Source of the DNA: an uncultured bacterium | Lineage (GTDB): Bacteria; Acidobacteriota; HRBIN11; JAKEFK01 | Direction: 5' to 3' | NCBI GenBank assembly: GCA_963777505.1 | Contig: CAVZQN010000001.1 | Span: 1 to 64,000, forward strand | Length of the DNA: 64,000 nucleotides | In this document: positions 58,798-64,000 of the stretch, piece after piece | Position numbering within the stretch: position 1 is the stretch's first letter | Layout of the letters: every line of letters starts with the position of its first letter | Made by a program: the position numbers and the translations under genes | The notes under the pieces: generated by a model | Told to the model about the DNA's origin: nothing | The model's input: the letters and a program-made list of their open reading frames with translations, nothing else | Databases searched by the model: none

Positions 58798-59631
58798 ATG
58801 ATCGCACATGATCTTCAAGAAACGAGTGAAAAATGGAATCACATTGCCAATGGTTATGACAAGACAGTCACACCATCGCATATGTGGCTGGGAAACGAAG
58901 GACTTCGCCGCGTCAAAGTTCAATCAGGTATGCGTTTCCTTGACGTTGCATCAGGCAGCGGTGCACTCAGCATTCCTGCAGCGCGTCTTGGCGCAAGAGT
59001 AACTTCAGTGGATCTATCTCCCGTCATGCTTAGCTTGCTGGAGAAACGGGCTCAGAAAGAAGGACTTCTTGTGGAAACACATGTTATGGATGGCCATGAC
59101 CTTCAATTTCAAGACAACACTTTTGATGTTACCGGATCACAGTTTGGTGTCATGCTTTTCCCAGACATGCCGCGCGCATTACACGAAATGGCCCGTGTTA
59201 CAAAACCAGGCGGAACAGTATTAATGAATGTTTATGGCCCGCCAGAAAAAATTGAATTCTTTGGCTTTTTCGTACGGGCTATTCAAGCAGCCTTGCCTGA
59301 ATTCACCGGCCCTTCAATGGATCCACCTCCCCTTCCATTTCAACTACAGAATCCTCAGAAGTTATCTAAGGAACTTGAGAAAGCGGGATTGAAAAATGTT
59401 CATGTTGAGACAATTACTGAAAAATTGGAATTTCAATCAGGACAAGATCTCTGGTTCTGGCTGATCAACAGTAATCCGATTGCAGGCGCAATACTTACCG
59501 ATCTGAATCTAACGAACGAACAAAAAGATGTGATTCAGTTGGAATTAGAACACATGGTCCAACAACGTTCGAAAGGAAGTGACAGGGCCGTTTTAACGAA
59601 TCCGATCAACATCGGCATCGGAACAAAATAG
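58798..59631 (+). CDS. Class I SAM-dependent methyltransferase
   Basis: FLDVASGSG, VDLS..M, FGVMLFPD, RVTKPGG; ATG 58798 after AAGGAG. Confidence 0.92.
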   Translation: MIAHDLQETSEKWNHIANGYDKTVTPSHMWLGNEGLRRVKVQSGMRFLDVASGSGALSIPAARLGARVTSVDLSPVMLSLLEKRAQKEGLLVETHVMDGHDLQFQDNTFDVTGSQFGVMLFPDMPRALHEMARVTKPGGTVLMNVYGPPEKIEFFGFFVRAIQAALPEFTGPSMDPPPLPFQLQNPQKLSKELEKAGLKNVHVETITEKLEFQSGQDLWFWLINSNPIAGAILTDLNLTNEQKDVIQLELEHMVQQRSKGSDRAVLTNPINIGIGTK

Positions 59632-59775
59632 CATCATCTCATCCCTTTTATTTTAGGAGAATACTTCGAACTTGCCCGAATTCGCATTTGGTTAGCATCT
59701 TTTTAGGAGACTTTTGTCTTTTCGTTGTGGCTGATTTTGGTGTTACAGTTATGTGTATTTACAGTCCAGGGAAGT

Positions 59776-62170
59776 GTGATCGGGGAAACCGTTTCGCATT
59801 ACCGCATTCTAAATAAGCTCGGTGGCGGCGGAATGGGCGTGGTGTATGAGGCGGAAGATCTGAGCCTCAAACGTCATGTTGCGCTGAAATTTTTGCCGGA
59901 GGAATCTGGCAACAGACTCCCGAAGCGCTGGAACGATTTCAGCCGTGAAGCACAATCCGCATCGGCACTGAACCATCCAAACATCTGCACGATCCACGAA
60001 ATCGGCGAACACGAAGGGCGTCCGTTTATCGCGATGGAGATGATGAAAGGAAAGACGCTCAAGCACGCGATCAACGGAAAGCCGATGGAGATCGATCAGG
60101 TTCTGGATCTGGGATCACAGATTGCCGATGCACTCGATGCGGCTCATGCAAAAAAGATCATTCATCGCGATATCAAGCCGGCCAATATTTTTGTGACCGA
60201 ACGCGGACAGGCAAAGCTACTCGACTTTGGTCTGGCCAAACAAACGATGGAGATCGCATCAGATACGGAGATGCCTACAGCCAGCACACCAGAACATCTG
60301 ACAAAAAGCGGATCAACGATGGGAACGGTTGCCTACATGTCTCCCGAACAAGCGCGCGGAAAAGATCTCGATGCGCGCACCGATCTTTTTTCCTTTGGTG
60401 TAGTGCTCTATGAAATGGTAACCGGCACACTTCCCTTTGGCGGTCAAACCACCGGTGAAATGCTGGAAGCAATTTTTACGAAAGAACCGGTTGCACCGGT
60501 GCGATTGAATTCGAATGTGCCTGCAGAGCTGGAACGCATCATTATAAGGCAATGGAGAAGGATCGCAATCTGCGTTATCAAAGCGCAGCGGAAATGCGCA
60601 CCGATTTGCAGCGATTGAAACGCGATACATCTTCGCATGCAGTGCGGGCGTCCTGCCCGCAGCGAAGCGGCAGTCTGAGACCCGCCCGCTACAACAGAGC
60701 GTAAGCTATGGATCGCTATTGCTGCTATAATTGTAGTACTACTTGCAGCATGCATTTCTTCTCTCTTCAAACGCGAACAGCCGAAAGCGACTGCGCCTGT
60801 TGCAGCAACCAGCAAGACCGCGATTGCAGTTTTGCCGTTTACAAACCTGAGCACAGACAAAGAACAGGAATACTTCTCCGATGGATTGACCGAAGAACTG
60901 CTGAATGTGCTGGCAAAGAATCCGAAACTGCAGGTCACTTCCCGCACTTCCGCTTTTTCATTTAAAGGAAAGGAAGTCGACATCAAAACGATTGCGCAAA
61001 AGCTGAACGTGACGCATGTGCTGGAAGGAAGTGTACGGAAGGCAGGAAACCAGTTGCGGATCACGGCGCAGTTGATCGAAGTGGCAACCGACTCGCACCT
61101 CTGGTCGCAGACTTACGACCGGCAGATGGAAAACATTTTTGCGGTGCAGGATGAAATTGCCGCATCGGTGGCAGGAGCGCTGAAGGTGACACTCGAAGGA
61201 GGCCAGACTCCCAAAGCACAGCAGACAAATCCCGAAGCCTACAACGCCTACCTGCAGGGGCGCTACTTCTTCGATCGGCGGAGCAAGGAAGATCTGGAAA
61301 AGGCGATCGGCTACTATGAGCAGGCGCTGCAGATCGATCCCAATTATGCGCGCGCCTGGGTGGGACTGTCCGCGGTCCACACCCGTCAGGCAGGTTTAGG
61401 CTACGTGCCGATGGACGAAGGCTATGCAAAGGCGCGAAAGGAAGCAGAAAAGGCGCTGGAACTGGATCCAAATCTGGCTGAGGCTCATGCACAACATGGG
61501 ATGGATCAAGACGATCTACGACTGGGACTGGACCGGTGCGGATGCAGCCTACAAGCGGGCGCTGGAGCTGGAGCCGGCAAATGCGGATGTGGTCCGGGGC
61601 GCAGCTGTGCTGGCAGCAACGCTTGGCCGTTTCGATGAGGCGATCACACTCGACCGCCGGGCAATCGAGCTTGATCCGCTCCGAGTCGCAACACACAACA
61701 ATCTGGGTCTTCACTGCTATTACGCCGGACGAATGGCATGAGGCCGAAGCAGCCGTTCCGGAAGGCTCTGGAACTGAACCCGCAGTACCCGGCTGCGCAC
61801 TTGCTTCTGGGCCGCATCTACCTTGCGCAGTCGAAAACTGCAAGAGGCGCTTGCCGAGATGCAGAAGGAACCGGAGCCGGTCTGGCGCGGATACGGACTG
61901 GCGCTTGCCTATCATGCAGCAGGAAAAAAGAAAGAAGCAGATGCTGCACTGGCGGAGTACATCGAAAAGTATCAGAACGATAGGGCCTTTCAGATTGCTG
62001 AGATCTACGCCTACCGCGGCGAAACGGACAAAGCCTTCGAGTGGCTCGAGCGCGCCTACAAACAGCGCGACGGCGGCCTGTCCGAAATGAAAGGCGATCC
62101 GCTGCTGCGTAGTTTGCAGCGCGATCCGCGCTGGACCGCCTTCCTGAAAAAAATGAAACTGCCAATTTAA
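59776..62170 (+). CDS. Hanks-type Ser/Thr kinase, TM helix, TolB-like domain and TPR; broken by several frameshifts
   Basis: [35 protein letters not shown]; [10 protein letters not shown]...[10 protein letters not shown]; TPRs. Indels near 59905-59940, 60548, 60660-60780, 61490, 61735-61755 and 61835. Confidence 0.85.
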
Positions 62171-62179
62171 TTTAGGTTT

Positions 62180-62291
62180 TCAGATTGCAGATTTCAGATT
62201 GAAATGTGATGATTGGAAGGATTGAGAGACAGTTTATCAATCTCAATCCTCAAATTTCAATCTGAGATCCGAAATTTGAAATCTTAAATTT
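62180..62291. repeat. 7-nt-period repeat element with inverted arms
   Basis: CAGATTG CAGATTT CAGATTG ... AATCTGA GATCCGA AATTTGA AATCTTA AAT. Confidence 0.75.
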
Positions 62292-62297
62292 CTTTTT

Positions 62298-64000
62298 ATG
62301 ATTGGCGAAAACGTATCGCATTACCACATTCTGGATAAGATCGGAGGGGGTGGGATGGGTGTGGTTTATGAAGCCGAAGATACACGGCTCGGGCGTCACG
62401 TTGCGCTTAAATTCCTTCCGCAGCAACTGGGAAATGATACTGAAGCTTTGGAACGCTTTCAGCGGGAAGCCCGCGCAGCTTCAGCATTGAATCATTCTAA
62501 TATCTGCGTAGTCTACGACATCGGAACATACGGCGATCAACCCTACATCGTGATGGAACTCCTAAAGGGCCAGCCATTGCGTCGCGTCATCGGTGAGAAG
62601 CCGATGGAAATAGAGAGGGCGCTGGATTTAGCTGTGCAAATTGCCGATGCATTGGATGCTGCACATGCGGAAGGGATTATTCATCGCGACATCAAACCGG
62701 CCAACATTTTTATCACCGATAGGGGTCAGGCAAAATTACTTGATTTCGGTCTGGCGAAACAGACTCTTGATAAAAGAAAGAATTCAGATCCGGATGTTGA
62801 CGATCATCTTACGATGGTAGGCAAAACAGTTGGGACGATTGTTTATATGTCCCCCGAACAGGCACGCGGTCTTCCATTGGATGCACGCAGCGATCTGTTT
62901 TCTTTCGGAGTTCTGCTTTACGAAATGATGACTGGCGTTCTACCTTTTGAGGAAGGTACGAACGCACAAACTTATGAAGCAATTCTGCACAAAGATCCGA
63001 TTCCAGCGATGGAAAAGAATCCGAAAGTGCCGGCGCGGCTGGAGCGGATTATTTCGAAGGCTTTAAAGAAGGAAAAAAAGGAACGCTATCAAACCTCAGC
63101 CGAAATACGGGATAACCTGAAAGAGTTGTTGCGCGAAACTACCGCGGGCAGAGCTTCACCGGTTCAAGAAATAATCGCACAAGCCTCACTCTCCGTTTCG
63201 CGTCACAAGCTTGTTGCTTCCCTGCTCTTCTTGTTCACACTTGTTGCGATTGCGGGTGGGATCTGGTACCGCACATCAAAAGCTCGCGGACAGGAGACAA
63301 CTTTGCAGTCCGGCATTCCGGCGATCGCAGTCCTTCCCTTTCGCAATCTTAGCGATGACACAGAAAATGAATATTTTTCCGATGGATTGAGCGAAGAATT
63401 GTTGAATGTACTGGCTCAGAATCGCGGTTTGCGCGTTGCAGCCCGCAGTTCTTCCTTCCAATTCAAAGGAAAGAATGCGCAGTTGAAAGAGATAGCCAGG
63501 CAGCTGCGAGTTTCGACAATATTAGAAGGAAGCGTTCGAAAATCAGGGAACCGTGTGCGCATCTCAACACAATTGGTGAATGCTGCAGATGGCTTTCAAC
63601 TCTGGTCCGAGACTTATGATCGTGAACTGAACGACATCTTTGCTGTTCAAGATGATATTGCGCGTTCCGTAGGCGAAGCGCTCAACGTCAAGCTTCTTGG
63701 AGCGAAGATGCCCGGCGCGAAATCAGCAAATGCCGAAGCATACAATGCTTATCTTCAAGGACGTTACTTTTCGGAACGACGGGGTCAGGAGGATCTAAAT
63801 CATGCGGTCGAACATTACGAAAAAGCACTTAAAATCGATCCGGGTTATGTGCCCGCCCGCGTTGGACTTGCCGTAGTTTATTACCGCCAGGCGGGATGGG
63901 GCTATGTGAAGGTGGATGATGGCTACCGAAAAGCGCGTCAGGAAGTTGAAAAAGCGCTGAAGCTGGATCCGAATCTTGCAGAGGCTCACGCTGCTCTGGG
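62298..64000 (+). CDS. Second Ser/Thr kinase-TolB-like-TPR paralogue, running off the window (absent from the ORF track)
   Basis: Manual translation from ATG 62298: [28 protein letters not shown]...HRDIKPAN...DFG...YMSPEQARG...[10 protein letters not shown]...[10 protein letters not shown]...[10 protein letters not shown]; no stop noticed. Confidence 0.92.
   Translation, partial: MIGENVSHYHILDKIGGGGMGVVYEAEDTRLGRHVALKFLPQQLGNDTEALERFQREARAASALNHSNICVVYDIGTYGDQPYIVMELLKGQPLRRVIGEKPMEIERALDLAVQIADALDAAHAEGIIHRDIKPANIFITDRGQAKLLDFGLAKQTLDKRKNSDPDVDDHLTMVGKTVGTIVYMSPEQARGLPLDARSDLFSFGVLLYEMMTGVLPFEEGTNAQTYEAILHKDPIPAMEKNPKVPARLERIISKALKKEKKERYQTSAEIRDNLKELLRETTAGRASPVQEIIAQASLSVSRHKLVASLLFLFTLVAIAGGIWYRTSKARGQETTLQSGIPAIAVLPFRNLSDDTENEYFSDGLSEELLNVLAQNRGLRVAARSSSFQFKGKNAQLKEIARQLRVSTILEGSVRKSGNRVRISTQLVNAADGFQLWSETYDRELNDIFAVQDDIARSVGEALNVKLLGAKMPGAKSANAEAYNAYLQGRYFSERRGQEDLNHAVEHYEKALKIDPGYVPARVGLAVVYYRQAGWGYVKVDDGYRKARQEVEKALKLDPNLAEAHAAL

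Noticed and set aside
60444-62165. Long antisense and alternative-frame ORFs over kinase 1
   Set aside because: Expected from stop-poor, GC-rich TPR coding sequence; no independent signals.

Overview
A 64-kb bacterial chromosomal segment of moderately low GC (mid-40s %, estimated by eye). The gene repertoire suggests Acidobacteriota or a similar lineage: an Oar-type TonB receptor, a TLPSH sulfatase-TPR fusion, Ser/Thr kinase-TolB-TPR paralogues and an M14 peptidase. That assignment is inference. Recognisable modules are a cobalamin riboswitch with a btuB/F/F/C/D uptake operon, a SAM-I riboswitch with a metB-like gene, CBS/cysteine synthase, gdh, rubrerythrin-DUF3501-peroxiredoxin, lysA, ggt, egtBD, an Hpt/response-regulator pair, sucAB, tdh-like/kbl, a ferredoxin, an accessory island of small genes (49.8-52.7 kb), an IorAB-like molybdoenzyme and two kinase-TPR genes. 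No rRNA, tRNA, CRISPR array, integrase or transposase was seen. Several conserved genes carry single-base frameshifts, most likely long-read assembly indels. The most striking unexplained structure is the many gene junctions occupied by short repeats: 9-, 8- and 7-nt-period tandem arrays, often as inverted arm pairs, plus GTAG-type REPs, some absorbed into protein-coding sequence. Other candidates are a small basic tandem-duplicated protein with a structured leader, an eroded integron-cassette-like island, and a switch-like RNA structure at 8.2-8.3 kb.
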